A stretch of DNA of 64,000 nt from Octopus vulgaris. Lineage: Eukaryota. The notes under the pieces were generated by a model. The model worked only from the letters and a program-made list of their open reading frames with translations. It was not told the DNA's origin and did not search any database. The stretch lies in the NCBI GenBank assembly GCA_951406725.2, contig OX597836.1, forward strand, positions 32,054,001-32,118,000, given 5' to 3'. The position numbers and the translations under genes are program-made. Shown piece by piece: positions 25,560 to 39,982 of the stretch (the first letter of the stretch is position 1; each line of letters begins with the position of its first letter).

Positions 25560-26860
25560 GTACGACACCTCATAAACCTTCTTTACTCTATTGACATTAT
25601 CAAGAGATAAACCAAAGTATCATGAATTCATGAATATTTTACATATTTTGACGGCTTCTTTGACAGCTTGTCGTTGTAATTTTTTAATTTGGCATGTGTT
25701 TATCTAGTTTTCTGAACCTGAGCTTCCCAAATATGGTACTGAAGATGTTAGTCATGTAGCCTAGTGTTCTGACAAGTACTGGTAGAGATCTAAAATTTAG
25801 TTTGGATGGAATAATTACAAATTTCTCATCAATTCAGTATGAATGTTTTTCTTTTTCAATAATCTTTAACATCATGTCGACATCTGTTGCACAACAGATT
25901 TCAACCACTCTGCATAATTTCTTTACTCTCTTTCATATAATTACGTCTGCTATGTCGTGCTTGCATTTTGCTGAAGTCTTGACAAGGACATTCCAACAGC
26001 CTTCTTTCAAATTATGTGTGGTTATGTTCTCACATCATTGCAGCTTCTTAGGATTATCCTTTCTGCAGATTCCATTATGTTGTGTTCTAACCATAACATG
26101 TTTCCTAAGCAGATAATACTATGAGGACGTTTTCAAGGAGCTACTTAAGATGTGGATAACAATCTCATTACTAATTCCACAAAGCCTGTATTGGTTTTCA
26201 TTTTCATGTGGTTTATCTGCATCTCAATCTCTTTCATGCATCAGATATTTTGTAGCTATTTCCTGTTTCTGGATTGCAAAAGAATATCTCTCAAAGTGAA
26301 AGCCAATATCATGGCTATTATTTCAGGATAGACTACATTGGTTGTCAATTTTACTGTCACTTTGAAACCTGGAAATATAGACATATGGGGCATTTTCGCA
26401 GGTATGCATTCAACCTTTCTTTCAGTAACCTGTTTCAGTACAGTTGTGCAACTTCCCTGGGTGTATGTCCTAGATCGTCAGTCCGGGAATATGTTGCGAG
26501 AAGCTCCATTCCAATTCTCAAGGTGTTGCCATCCTCATTTATGCATATTTGATCCATGATGGGGCTTTGATATTTGGTGGTTTGCAGATGCTAATGAAGG
26601 GGCTTTCGAAGGCTGTTTGAATCAAAGTTAAGCCTCTGCCAACAAGATTTTATCCTAAGTTCACATCGCAGTCACCGAGGAAATTCATGGACATTTCTAG
26701 CTTGACTCAATAGTTTTTGTGTTTCAGCATCAATGGCCTGGATCTTATTTAGCATCCCCAATGAGCAACCCAAATGTTGACATGAATTCTGATATAGCAA
26801 ACACATTGTAGGGTTTCAGTTTATAGCATGAAAGTTCTGAGGATGATCATAAGATATTTT
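25560..26860 (-). pseudogene. R4/Dong-type LINE remnant (CCHC and RLE region)
   Basis: RLCGISNEIVIHILSS..YYL, then WNVLVKTSAKCKHDIADVII..LCRVVEICCATDVD..EKE..LPVLVRTLGY; homologous to 2260-2640. Confidence 0.7.
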
Positions 26861-26861
26861 C

Positions 26862-27249
26862 AGCTGTGTGGTAAGTAGTTTGCTTACGAACCACATGGTT
26901 CCGGGTTCAGTCCCACTGCATGGCACCTTGGGCAAGTATCTTCTACTATAGCCTCGGGCCAACCAAAGCCTTGTGAGTGGATTTGGTAGAGGGAAACTGA
27001 AAGAAGCCCATCATATATATGTATATATATATATATGTATGTGTGTGTATATGTTTGTGTGTCTGTGTTTGTCCCCGCAACATCACTTGACAGTCGATGC
27101 TGGTGTGTTTACATCCCTGTAATTTAGCGGTTCGGCAAAAGTACTAGGCTTACAAAGAATAAGTCCTGGGGTCGATTTGCTCAACTAAAGGTGATGCTCC
27201 AGCATGGCCACAGCCAAATGACTGAAACAAGTAAAAGAGTAAAAGAGTA
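26862..27249 (+). mobile_element. SINE family A inserted in the LINE remnant
   Basis: Colinear with other family A copies. Confidence 0.9.
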
Positions 27250-27364
27250 TCCATTCTTTTGTATCTGAACATTTTCCATCAGATATTTGAGCTGAAGGTC
27301 ACCGATAGTAATATTACTACATAGGTTTGTAGTTCTTCAATATTTAACAATCATCACCACCACC

Positions 27365-27417
<53 letters not shown>

Positions 27418-28438
27418 TTAAAGTTCCTATTCCATGCTGGCATGGTTTGGACGGTTTTACAGGAGCTGACAAGATCAGAGAACTGCACGAGGCTCTAATA
27501 CCTTCTTTATCATGGTTTCTATGGCTGGATGCCCTTCCTTATGACAACCACTTTACAGAGCATAATGTGTGCTTATTACATGGCACCAGCATTGGTAGGG
27601 TCACCCATTTTATTCTCAACTACTCTTTTCTGATTATGGAGATTTTTGCTGATTGTTTTCTGTTCCTGTCTGAGAATAAGTAGTCCGATTTCAGTGTAAA
27701 AAGGGTGAAGAACCCCTTCAGTCATGAATAACCATGGAGCTGCACCTAGAAAGTTCCTGTCTGAGGCATAGGTCAGGGCAAGGTTGTTTATGGAAAACCA
27801 GCAGTCGTCCATGCATACCAGCCTCTCTTCTCTCTCCATGCCACTGATGTTATCCAAGGGAAAGGCAAAGGGGCCGATACAGCTTGGCACTAAAGATGTC
27901 AGTACTCATTTCTACAGGGAGCAACGTAAAATAACGTGTCTTACTCAAGAACACAACACAGTCCACTCTGGGAATCGAACTCATTACCTCATGATTGTGA
28001 GCCCAACGCTCTAACCACTGAGCCACGTGCCTTCAGAAGCTTTTCCCTATTTACTTTTCCCAAGCATTTTTTAGATTATATTTTACATTCCTTGTTGGTT
28101 GGGAGTTGATTTATCTAAGCAACATGACATAACTGATAGTTCCCAGCAGAGTGATTATCCTTTTTTACCATTTTCAAAACCCATGTTAACACTCTTTTTA
28201 TTGTTTTGCCTTTTATCAAATGCTTCTGAATCACCAAGGCGGTGTTTTGCAGTCATTGAAAGAGCACATAAACTAGCATTAATTCGCGATAATAAGGCGA
28301 GTATTACGTTGTTGTAAATATTCTCCACCAAACTGTGGAATATTATTTTATTGCCAGTGTTGTTGCTAGATTCATTGACAGCTTGTTGGCAATCAGCTTA
28401 GGTACATGTCGGCATAAATTGCTCAAATATATATATAG

Positions 28439-28529
<91 letters not shown>

Positions 28530-28550
28530 CATATGTATATGTGTGTGTGT

Positions 28551-28587
<37 letters not shown>

Positions 28588-28658
28588 TGTGTATCTATAT
28601 ATATATATATATATATCGTTTTTTCGATCCTTGTTTTTGTATGCGTTTGTATGCGTTT

Positions 28659-28709
<51 letters not shown>

Positions 28710-29049
28710 GTATATGATATGTGTGTGTGTATATTAATATATATATATATCTATGAGCATGTATCTATCTATATATATATCGTTTTTTCTATCCTTGCTT
28801 TTGTATGCATTCGATTCTTTCTTCCAAGGAATCTAATGCTCTTAACTTAGTTTTTCCTTGGGGCTGGCCAGATTGGAGAAATCTCAAGAATAAGCAGTCG
28901 AAATTGCAAGGATAATCTGGTTCTTGACTGAAGATAGAAAACTTCGAATGACCCGTCATTGTTTCCTTTGTATCATCTATCTGGATGTTTTGTTATCCCT
29001 TTTTGTATCACTTAGTTGTCCTGATGTTTTGTGTTCTTGTCCCATTTTG

Positions 29050-29095
<46 letters not shown>

Positions 29096-29508
29096 TACAC
29101 ATACATACATATTTATATATATGAGAGAGAGAGAGAGAGTTTGATAGATAGATAGATAAATAAATAGATGGATAGATGGATAGATAACTTTTTATTGTGG
29201 CCACACAGGGCTAAACACAGAATAAAAATGGACGAAATACAATGTAGAGTTTTTTCTTTTCGAGGTGGGATGGGTGGGACATACAAAGAAAAAAAAGGTT
29301 CGATCAATAGGGATCTGTGGGTTGTGTGATGTATAAAAATATAATATATATATATATAAATAAAGTTCACAGTTTAGGTGTAACCCTGGAAAGAAAAACC
29401 GACAAAAAAGGCCAAGGTTACCTCAGACAGTTCGAAAATGAACACATGAGTAAGTTGCCTTACCTCTCGTTAGATGGATAGATAGATAGATAGATAGATG
29501 GATAAATG

Positions 29509-29548
<40 letters not shown>

Positions 29549-29559
29549 CACACACACAC

Positions 29560-29593
<34 letters not shown>

Positions 29594-29649
29594 CGGAGAT
29601 GTACCTGCATAGCTAGTGATTTGATCTGAGATCGTGTGCTGAAACGAAA

Positions 29650-29932
29650 ACAATTGCAGCGTGGAAGGTGTTTGTAAGCCATTTAAGAAACATACAAAAG
29701 CCGTTCGATTCACTTCAACATTTAATTTTAATTTGTCAAAATATTTTCGTCGCTAGAATCCGCGACCTGTTCACTGACAAAAATCCGTGCAGCACGGGAT
29801 TTTTGTCAGTGAACAGGTCGCGGATTCTAGCGAGAAAATATTTTGACAAATTAAAATTAAATGTTGAAGTGAATCGAACGGCTTTTGTATGTTTCTTAAA
29901 TGGCTTACAAACACCTTCCATGCTGCAATTGT
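29650..29932. repeat. Near-perfect ~283-bp palindrome (fold-back PLE-like cassette; left arm extends to ~29592)
   Basis: ~141-bp arms centred on A29791, with only about three differences visible; flanked by (TA)n. Confidence 0.95.
29732..29781 (-). ncRNA. Hammerhead-like motif with compensatory G3-C8 core
   Basis: Minus strand TTTGTCA-GTGAACA-G-GTCGC ggattcta GCGAC-GAAA-ATAT-TT-TGACAAA; mirror copy on + at 29802-29850 lacks one C of stem II. Confidence 0.7.
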
Positions 29933-30159
29933 ATATATATTATATATGAGAAAAAGAGAGATTGATAGGTAGATAGATAAATAGATAAATAGATAAATAG
30001 ATAGTTAGATAAACAGATAGATGCGTAGGTAGGTAGGTAGTTAGGTAGGTAGATTGAAAGATATACACATATACATACATACAGATACATACATATACAT
30101 ACATATGCATATACATATATAACTATATATCTGTGTGTGTGTTTGTGTGTGTGAGAGAG

Positions 30160-30214
<55 letters not shown>

Positions 30215-31399
30215 AAAACATAAAAAATATTATCCACTCATATATTAGATATCTTAAAATTAATCTCCCTAGGAAAATCGCAAATGAGGCTGATAACAGA
30301 TTAGGAATAATAATTAAGATTTGATATCATTATACATGTATAACAAAGATATTTGCATCTATTAATTGCATATAAGCAGATAAATATATTGATTGCCATA
30401 ATGAATTCTAGTTAACATAATATCTTCGGGCCAAAACTGTAATTAAATCTGATTAATGATATTTCATTTATCAGTTTAGTATATTCTTCATTGTAACCAA
30501 AGTTGGCTAAATTTGGTAGATTATCATTAAAGTATCAGAGCATACAATTTGAAGACAAATTCTATTATTATATATTGATTTGCACAAAATCCTAAGTACT
30601 TGTTTAGCAATATGTATTTGAATTTCAAGTACAGAATGCTTCCAAGGCCAGTCTCACCTTCTATCTATTGGTTTTGGTGATGGCACCATTCTGCTTTGAA
30701 CCACATTACATATAAATGCTTATGTGTGATAAATGATACAAACGTATAAATTTACATGAGGTGTATGTAAATCTGAATGACAAGGAGTGGCATCTCATTA
30801 AGCACCAAGCTCTGTTATCATACATGGTATGTGAAATAGGTATTAAGTATTGTTACTTATACACAGAGGAATGACCAAAAAAAAATAATGGTTTCGAGGT
30901 CTGGCATAAAGCTAGCAGTTTCATAGAAGTAAGGGAAGCTGATTGCATCAACCTCAGTGGTCAACTGGTAATTATTTTATCAACCTCGAAGGGATGAAAG
31001 GCAAAGTTGACCTAGGCGGAATTTGAACTCAGAACTTGAAGACGGATGAAATGCCGTTATGAATTCTGCCCAGTGTGTGAACGATTCTGCCAGCTTGCTA
31101 CCTTAATAATGATAATAATAATGATAATAATAAAAGTCCTTTCTACTATAGGCGCAAGGCCCGAAATTTTTGGGGAGGGGACTAGTTGATTACATCGACC
31201 CCAATACATAACTGGTACTTAATTTATCAACCTCGAAAGGATGAAAGGCAAATTAGCATTTGAACTCAGAACAAGAAAACAGACAAAATACCTCAAAGCA
31301 TTTTGCCCAGTGTGATAACAACTCTGACAATAACAATAACAACCACCTAATAATAACAACAACAACAACAATAATAATAATAATAATAACAACAACGAT

Positions 31400-32175
31400 A
31401 ATAATAAAGAACATGTATGATAATCGACATTGCATGCCCTGGTGACAATAGGATTGATGTGAAAGAAGAAAAAATAAACAACTGTGACAACTATAGGCGC
31501 AGGAGTAGCTGTGTGGTAAGTAGCTTGTCTACCAACCACATGGTTCCGGGTTCAGTCCCACTGCATGGCACCTTGGGTAAGTGTCTTCTACTATAGCCTC
31601 GGGCCGACCAAAGCCTTGTGAGTGGATTTGGTAGACGGAAACTGAAAGAAGCCCGTCATATATATGTATATATATATGCATGTGTTTGTGTGTCTGTGTT
31701 TGCTTGACAACCGATGCTGGTGTGTTTATGTCCCCGTCACTTAGCGGTTCGGCAAAAGAGACCGATAGAATAAGTACTGGGCTTACAAAAGAATAAGTCT
31801 TGCGGTCGAGTTGCTCGATTAAAGGCGGTGCTCCAGCATGGCCGCAGTCAAATGACTGAAACAAGTAAAAGAGAAAGAGAAAGAAAATGACAATTTGAAA
31901 TGGGAAATAAGAAGGCTGTTGTCAAGGAAGAGAGTAAACATGATACCAATAGTAAATGGTGCACTAAACTACCAACATGGCTGAAAAAGATCAGTGAAAG
32001 TAGAACACATACAAAAATCAACATTGCTTGGAACTGCAAGAATTCTTCACAGGGTTCATGAAGCATGACCAGTAAACAAATGTCACCTTAGTCTGCTGGC
32101 TGTGGACAGCTGACACTTTCCATCATACCCAGCAAAATAAGCTGTGAGTTTTCATATAATAATAATAATGATGAT
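31400..32175 (+). pseudogene. R4/Dong-like LINE 3' end in a (TAA)n array, interrupted by SINE A
   Basis: TCMIIDIACPGDNRIDVKEEK..., DNLKWEIRRL..MIPIVNGAL..EHIQKSTLLGTARILHRVHEA*, 3' UTR, (TAA)n. Confidence 0.8.
31496..31880 (+). mobile_element. SINE family A
   Basis: Full-length, low-divergence copy. Confidence 0.9.
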
Positions 32176-32195
32176 GATGATAATAATAATAATAA

Positions 32196-32707
32196 TGCCC
32201 TGATGCAGTACCAGGCAATGGCTCTCATGGCTTCTGATCTTAACTGATTGGAAGTGTTATCATGTACATTGTTTTGTCTTGGTATAAAAGATGGGCTACA
32301 GCAAATATTCTGCTCAATACCACAGATTTGCTTGTCAGTTGTTTGACCTTAACCAGTTGAGCATGTCCCTTAGTGGCTGACGATATGTGCATCTCTGATC
32401 ACGAGCAGAAGTAGTGGGGGAGCATCATAGCCATGTGTTGAGAGGGATTCTTTGGGGTTTGAATAATTCACCTCTAGAAACATGGGTGTTTCGTTCAATA
32501 TCCTTAAACAACCCTTAGTCAGGGACCTTTTGAGCAGGATGGGCTACTCAACTAGAAGAAAATTCTAACTGGGCCCCACCTGCAAGGTCATGTGCTGTTT
32601 ATCTTGATATGAGATCACCATGTCGCGCACATATGGTTGTGATGCATGTGCCTAGTGTACCCTTATCAGCTGGGTAGTCATGATGGCATGCACTGCTCTC
32701 TCACACA
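32196..32707 (+). mobile_element. Non-coding element inserted in (TAA)n (probable Dong-like 3' UTR or non-autonomous derivative)
   Basis: 3' part is nearly identical to 59923-60138; both copies are bounded by (TAA)n. Confidence 0.6.
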
Positions 32708-32718
32708 ATAATAATAAC

Positions 32719-32775
<57 letters not shown>

Positions 32776-33169
32776 TCTTTTACTCTTTTACTTGTTTCAG
32801 TCATTTGACTGCGGCCATGCTGGAGCACCGCCTTTAATCGAGCAACTCGACCTCGGTACTTATTCTTTGTAAGCCCAGTACTTATTCTCTCGGTCTCTTT
32901 TTTGCCGAACCGCTAAGTGACGGGGACGTAAGCACACCAGCATCGTTTGTCAAGCAATGCTAGTGGGACAAACACAAACACATACACATATATATATATA
33001 TACATATATACGACGGGCTTCTTTCAGTTTCCGTCTACCAAATCCACTCACAAAGCATTGGTCGGCCCGGGGCTATAGCAGAAGACACTTGCCCAAGATG
33101 CCATGCAGTGGGACTGAACCCGGAACCATGTGGTTGGTTAGCAAGCTACTTACCACACAGCCACTCCTG
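32776..33169 (-). mobile_element. SINE family A
   Basis: Full-length reverse-complement copy within a (TAA)n array. Confidence 0.9.
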
Positions 33170-33201
33170 TTATAATAATAATAAAAATAATGATAATTAT
33201 G

Positions 33202-33257
<56 letters not shown>

Positions 33258-33579
33258 TTTATAATGTGATTACCGTATGTCACTTTTGTATCCTACACTA
33301 AAACTGTGGGATATACGATAATACAAAACGAGGAAGACACAAACTGTTTCCAATTGATGTATTCCCAAATACTCTGCCAACAACTGTGACCAATCCCAAA
33401 CAACTCTCAACGAACTACAACAACTTCTCCACAATTTCTTGCAACTCCACGAACTCACAAATGACACCTTTTGACTTCCTGTGATTTCTCATCTCTTGCT
33501 CTCAGTCAAATACATTGCTACTTATACGAGCTCGGCTAGTCCATTCTCTCAAGGGGTGTCATGACTGTAACCATAACAG

Positions 33580-33684
<105 letters not shown>

Positions 33685-34197
33685 GACCTTTCTACTATAG
33701 GCACAAGGCCTGAAATTTGTGGGGAAGGAATAAGTCAATCACATCAACCCCCAGTACTTGACTGGTACTTGATTTATCGAGCCTAAAATGATGAAAGGCA
33801 AAGTTGATCTTGGTGGAATTTGAGCTCAGAACTTGAAGATGGACAATGTCAACCACTTTACAGAGTGTACTGGGTGCTTTTCACATAGCACCAGCACAAG
33901 TACTTTTTTATGTGGTACCAGCACCAGCAGGGCTACCAAATAATTTGCAAGACAAAGACCGTTTAGTGGGAGAAGGAATGAAATTGAGGGAAGTGACTGT
34001 GGGCCAGGTGAGAGGTTAGAGTATGACAGAGGGACAGAGGTGTATGTATAGACATAAACATAATGTTTTTAGGACCTCAGTTTTGATGTGACAGGTAATT
34101 CTTCTTGAGAACCATAATTGCTAATTAATTCAGTCTCAGTATTCTGAGGTTAGCTTTTACTACTTCATCTTACACCTTCCTGGATCTCCCGCTTTCA

Positions 34198-34510
34198 GTA
34201 GAGGCACATGGCCTAGTGGTTAGAGCAGCAGACTCGCAGTTGAGGGATCGCAAAGTTCAAATCTCAGACTGGGCAATGTGTATGTTTATGAGTGAAACAC
34301 CTAAGCTCCATGCGGCTCTGGCAGAAGGTAATAGCAAACTTCTGCTGACTCTTTTGCCACAACTTTCTCTCACTCTTTACTCCTGCATCTTGCAGCTCAC
34401 CTGTGATTGACTGGCATCCTGTTCAGGTGGGGAACCTATACACCAAGAAAACCAAGAAACCCGCTCTTATGAGCCATGCATGGCTCGAGTAGGAACAAAA
34501 CAACAAACAA
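34198..34510 (+). mobile_element. tRNA-headed SINE (family C)
   Basis: GTAGAGGCACATGGCCTAGTGGTTAGAGC head, (AAC)-like tail; homologous to 1283-1579. Confidence 0.8.
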
Positions 34511-34544
34511 CTCCCTCTTTCACAGATTCCAGTTACATTTAGTG

Positions 34545-34930
34545 AATGGCATTTCTTTGTGTAGCTGTCTGCATCTATACACATCGCATGACCACATCAG
34601 TGTAATCTTCTCTCTTACACACCCTGTCTAATTCCTCCTTATGTCCAATTTCAACATATTTTTTACTTTGTACATGCACATAGGCATTTCACATCCAACA
34701 TAGCTTGCTAGTTTCATTTCCTTCTCATCATTATATGTCTTCTACATTCAAGGCCCATGACTCACTTTCATGTAATATTGCTGTTCATGCACAAATATCA
34801 ATCTGCTTTTGGCTTTGGGAAAAAGGCCTTTTGTTACCAACGGCATTAATAGCTCTCTGAATTTGCTCCAGCTTCTTTTTATTCTAACAACTATACTTTT
34901 AGAACATCCTCCTCTACTGCTAATTAGAGC
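34545..34930 (-). pseudogene. RTE LINE post-RT fragment
   Basis: GGCSKSIVVRIKRSWSKFRELLMPLVTKGLFPKAKSRL followed by ESWAL. Confidence 0.7.
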
Positions 34931-35361
34931 ATTTTGGTAACAGAAACTAAGGATTCTCTGGAGCATTTCAGAAAATCTATTTCCTTTGTCAGCGCCATGA
35001 AATGGGAGAAAACATGAGGCATTTTTCACATTTTCTAACTGGGAAAACAGTTTCATAAAAAGTGAAAGTTTAATACTGTATATTCATACACATAGTTTTA
35101 AATGTAAAAAGTGCAGTGCTGAATTAACCATTAAGCAAAATAAGCACATACTTGGGACATCAAGGGAAGGAGGGGGCACCACAGAAATGGTAAATGGTAA
35201 ATGGTTAACAGCACTCCTAAGTTTGCTTTCTCTGTTAACATTCCTGTGATTCTACCCCACACTGCATATATGTGTCCATTGCTTTCCCTGGGTACATCAC
35301 AGGAAATTCCTAACTATTCCTGTCTACCCATAAAAAAGTGGCCATTTTCAAGGTGGAGAAA

Positions 35362-35700
35362 ATAGTTAGTTAGTTAGTTAATTTTTTGGCTCTAAAAGCA
35401 AAAAGCAAGGCCATGTAGAGGGACATGGAGTTACGTACAGGGTGGTGTTCATGTAAAGAGTTCAGGCCACTTGAGGTCAAGGGAGACCTTGGACCGAGCA
35501 GTCGTCGGCATCTTCACCATCTTGTCTGGCAGCTTATTCCACGGATCTGCAACCAGGACAGAGAAAGCCCGTCTCCTTCGATTGAGATGAAATCGTTGCA
35601 GACAGAGCTTTTCGGAATGACCCCGCAGCCAACGCTCTGGAGCAGGAGTGAAGAACAGCTCTTTCGAGAGGTTACACTTTCCGCTTATGATGTTGTGAGC
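35362..35700 (-). mobile_element. CR1-type LINE 3' end with (TAAC)n tail
   Basis: LRGHSEKL..FHLNRRRRAFSVLVADPWNKLPDKMV..SKVSLD is a typical CR1 ORF2 C-terminus. Confidence 0.8.
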
Positions 35701-36276
35701 ATACTTGAATACCAAAGGTAGAGTAAAATATAAAGTTGATTCAAACAGAAAAGCTACACAAACTGCTACACAGGGTTTCACGTAGTTAAACATCAGACAG
35801 AAGTGAACGTTTGGAACAATACAATGGTTTATAAATGTTTAAAAATTGGTGCTGAGATAACAATTTGGTAAATCATCAAAAAGACATATAAAGCTAATTG
35901 GACATGGGTTATGACATTTGAAATCTAATGGAATCTTTTGTACAAAAGATTGATTGTTGCTGAAAAATTATATGAACGTAAAGAAACCAATAATAGCTGA
36001 ATAAAATTTAATAATATAACTCACATATATAATGTGATAATAATTGTAATAACTACAATAAAGAGGGGCAAAGGGGAAAGAGTTATTTTAGAAATTAAGA
36101 ATCTAAGAAAAATATAGTAAAAAGTAAAAACAAGGGTGAATGAGTTTCACAAGAACAAATAAATAAATGGATAAGTTTGGTATAGTTGAAAGAGAGGGTT
36201 AGTCTGTGTGAGAGTAAAGGAAAGAGGGGAAGAGAAGGAATAATAATGGAGATGAAAGTTATATATACTTAAAAGG

Positions 36277-36707
36277 GTAGGAGTGGCTGTGTGGTAAGTA
36301 GCTTGCTTACCAACCACATGGTTCTGGGTTTAGTCCCACTGAGTGGCACCTTTGGCAAGTGCCTTCTACTATAGCCTCGGGCCGACCGAAGCCTTGTGAG
36401 TGGATTTGGTAGATAGAAACTGAAAGAAGCCTGTCGTATATATGTATATATAGATATGTATGTGTGTGTGTGTATATGTATGTGTGTGTATATATGTTTG
36501 TGTGTCTGTGTTTGTCCCCCCAACATCGCTTCACAACCGATGCTGGTGTGTTTACGTCCCCGTAACTTAGTGGTACGGCAAAAGAGATCAATAGAATAAG
36601 TACTAGGCTTACAAAGAATAAGTCCTGGGGTCGATTTGCTCGACTAAAGGCGGTGCTCCAGCATGGCCACAGTCAAATGACTGAAACAAGTAAAAGAGTA
36701 AAAGAGT
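36277..36707 (+). mobile_element. SINE family A
   Basis: Full-length copy. Confidence 0.9.
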
Positions 36708-37850
36708 ATATCTGTATTTGAATAGGTTCTTGGTATGAGGGGGTGCTGGTAAGTTTCTGGCTTTAAGGGTATCATGAAAGGCCTGGTTGGTGGCCCAGCT
36801 TTCCATGTTCTTTTACAGGGCTTAGAAAAACTGAAGGACTGCTGCAATAAGTGCGTGAATCAGAGGGGGATATGTTCAATAAAATCATAATTAAGTAATC
36901 CTCCTGTATTTTCTTTTACCCAAAGACAAGAACTTTCCAGCATCTTCTTGTATATAACATTTTGTGTGACTGTTGTTAACATTAGTGGAAAACTTTTCTG
37001 AAAGCACTTACCATATAAAGCTCATGTACTTCTGTTTAGATAACCAGCATGTATAAGAAACATTACAACAATGAGAAAATTTGAGAATGGAAATGTTTGG
37101 TATCTGAAATTCTATTTTTGTTCCAGATTCATAGAATATGTTTTGTGTTTTTCCCTGTAGCCATATTATTTTGTAACTGTTTACAAGATTTGTTTCCTTA
37201 CAATTGTTTGACGTCATTAATTTTCTCCATGTATTACAAGAAAAAAATTTTCAAACTTTGATTAGAGAATGGTACTAAATAAGGTTCTATAATGAATATT
37301 ATATGAATACAAAAGGACTTGTATTGTGAAACGTATCAACAATTCTTGTTAAACAAAAGGAAGAGGCAACATCTTGCACTTAAACAAAATTTGCAATAAT
37401 TCAGTGTAAAAGAAGATAATCTAAAAAACATAAGCAATTAGAAAAAATGTAGTCATTTTTGAGGCACCAGAAAACATTTGTTTTTGGGGATGCTCAAACA
37501 GTTTGAGAAGCATCAGATTTTGTTTTGCACTATCTATGATCAAGTGTAAGTACCCCTTAATTTTGAATATTCCAATTTTTCTCTTTTGTTCCTTAATTTT
37601 CTTTGTTTCCAGTATTCTTTCATTTTATGATCAGAAAATGAACATGAGTTAAAAATAAGATGAATGGGATGATTGGAAAGTTGGACAAACAGTTTCTTTG
37701 AGAGCCAGTGGTCTGAAATATGAACGACGTGACCGGTCAGGCAAAGCTGTAACTGCATCAGGATGGTGTAGATGCTAGACAGACTAGTACAGGGGAGTAT
37801 CTCTTTGTCTAGGATTCTATCAAGAAGTTTATAGTAGTAATAAACCTAAC

Positions 37851-38269
37851 AGGTGCAGGAGTGGCTGTGTGGTAAGTAGCTTGCTTACCAACCACATGGT
37901 TCCGGGTTCAGTCCCACTGCATGGCATCTTGGGCAAGTGTCTTCTGCTATAGCCTCGGGTCGACCAATGCCTTGTGAGTGGATTTGGTAGACGGAAACTG
38001 AAAGAAGCCTGTTGTATATATGTATATATATATCTATGTGTGTGTATATGTTTGTGTGTCTGTGTTTGTCCCCCCAACATCGCTTGACAACCGATGCTGG
38101 TGTGTTTACGTCCCCGTCACTTAGCGGTTTGGCAAAAAGAGACCGATAGAATAAGTACTGGGCTTACAAAGAATAAGTCCCGGGGTCGATTTGCTCGGCT
38201 AAAGGTGGTGCTCCAGCATGGCCGCAGTCAAATGACTGAAACAAGTAAAAGAGTAAAGAGTAAAGAGTA
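37851..38269 (+). mobile_element. SINE family A
   Basis: Full-length copy with (TAAAGAG)n tail. Confidence 0.9.
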
Positions 38270-39982
38270 ACATGGAACTTTGAGTGAAGAATCCAAAGAC
38301 CGACTTAGCCATTGCAAATTATTGGGGTGGGAGGGCATTTCCTTTTTCTTTCTCAATTAGGATTCATCATTAATCTAATGATTCTTAATGAGTTTTTCTC
38401 CTCACCACAATTGTAAATTTAATTAAAATTTCTTGGCTCATTATCTTAACAACCATCATTATCATTTGCTTTTCAGGCACAGCATGTCACAAGGCATTTT
38501 CATCTGGTTCTGATATCCTTACCGGAAACTATTTTCTACTCTGTCTTTGATTGTGTTCCAGGTTTTACTGGATTTCATCATTTACAGGAACTTCTTTTAT
38601 TACATGTGTGATTGAGTAATTATCATGTAAATGGACAAATTAATTGACCAATTAATAATCTATCTCATTACAGAGAGTTTAACACATTAATAAAATTAAT
38701 CCCTTTTTACAATTATTTTCCGTTTCATGACAAAGCCCTTGAAATCTGGTGCAGTGATTGGTTGTAGCTCAGAATTTAAGCATTAAAGCTTTTACTCCAA
38801 CACCTGTTATAAAAGTTGTATTGAGCCTCACATTTACTATTGCTTATCACAAGATTAACCATGATTGAGCTGACTTATGATTGAAGACATTGCAGCTTAA
38901 TCAATCCATTTTTATCAAATCAATATCTATAAAACTGAAATGCGAAAACGTTGCTTGATTTGTTAGTTATTTGTCTCATTTTGTGATGGGAATGGTTTAA
39001 GGGGCGGTAAATGGGGTCAAATTGGTGCCAAAATTTACACTGGGGGGGTAAAATGGAATGGTGGGAGGAGGGTTGCAAGTCGCTCGGGGCTACCGTTTGG
39101 TTGCCATGGTGAGGAATATGGGAAAAATTGAGTTTTATGGGATAGACTGGTTGCACTGTTTGAATAATGGTGGCTTTTTGTGTTGCTGCAGGGGCTAGAG
39201 GCAGTTATCTTTAATTGAGGGTGTAAAAATTTGGGGGATTTTGGAAAGTGGGGTAAAGAAGAGGGCAATAAAAAGAACCAAGCAAAGAAGACGAACAAAC
39301 GAAGAAAGGGAAAAGGAGACAACACACACAAAACAACACCACCACCAAAACCCGAGCAAAGCATGGGTCAAAATAGCTAGTCTTTTCTACTAAAGACACA
39401 AGGGGGAAATTGGGGAGGGGGAGAGATGCACTAAGCTGTTCATGCAGCATGCTAATGATTAATAATCTTTTTATCAAATATGATACTATATCTTTCAATA
39501 TATCTTATTTTAAAAGACAATATGCTGTGATTTCAAGGTGATTTTGTTGATATTTTTAGCAGGTCAAGTGATTGATTTGAACAATGGTTCTCAAAGTTTT
39601 TGACAATGTAACACATGGAGAACCAAGGAAAAATTTACTAGTAGACTATGTATGAGAAGTTAATGATTGGTAGTACCCTACGAATGGCAAGTTAAGGGAA
39701 GTTATGGTTTAAAGTTTAAAATTTAGAAAAAAATATATACAATTATTTAATTGATCATGCTCAATGAATTTTCTGGCAAATAAGTTGGCGCAGGTGTGGC
39801 TGTGTGGTAAGTAGCTTGCTTACCAACCACATGGTTCCAGGTTCAGTCCCACTGCGTGGCACCTTGGGCAAGTGTCTTCTACTATAGCCTCAGGCCGGCC
39901 AAAGCCTTGTGATTGGATTTGGTAGACGGAAACTGAAAGAATCCTGTCGTCAACCAAGGTTGGGTTCAAAATTCCACCAGGG

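Noticed and set aside
28925-28958. GACTGAAGA..GAA..TTCGAATGACCCGTC as a hammerhead
   Set aside because: GAAA is replaced by GAAT and the stems are weak; too degenerate without a consensus
34198-34272. SINE heads as tRNA genes
   Set aside because: A/B boxes are present but there is no acceptor stem, and they continue into multi-copy SINE bodies
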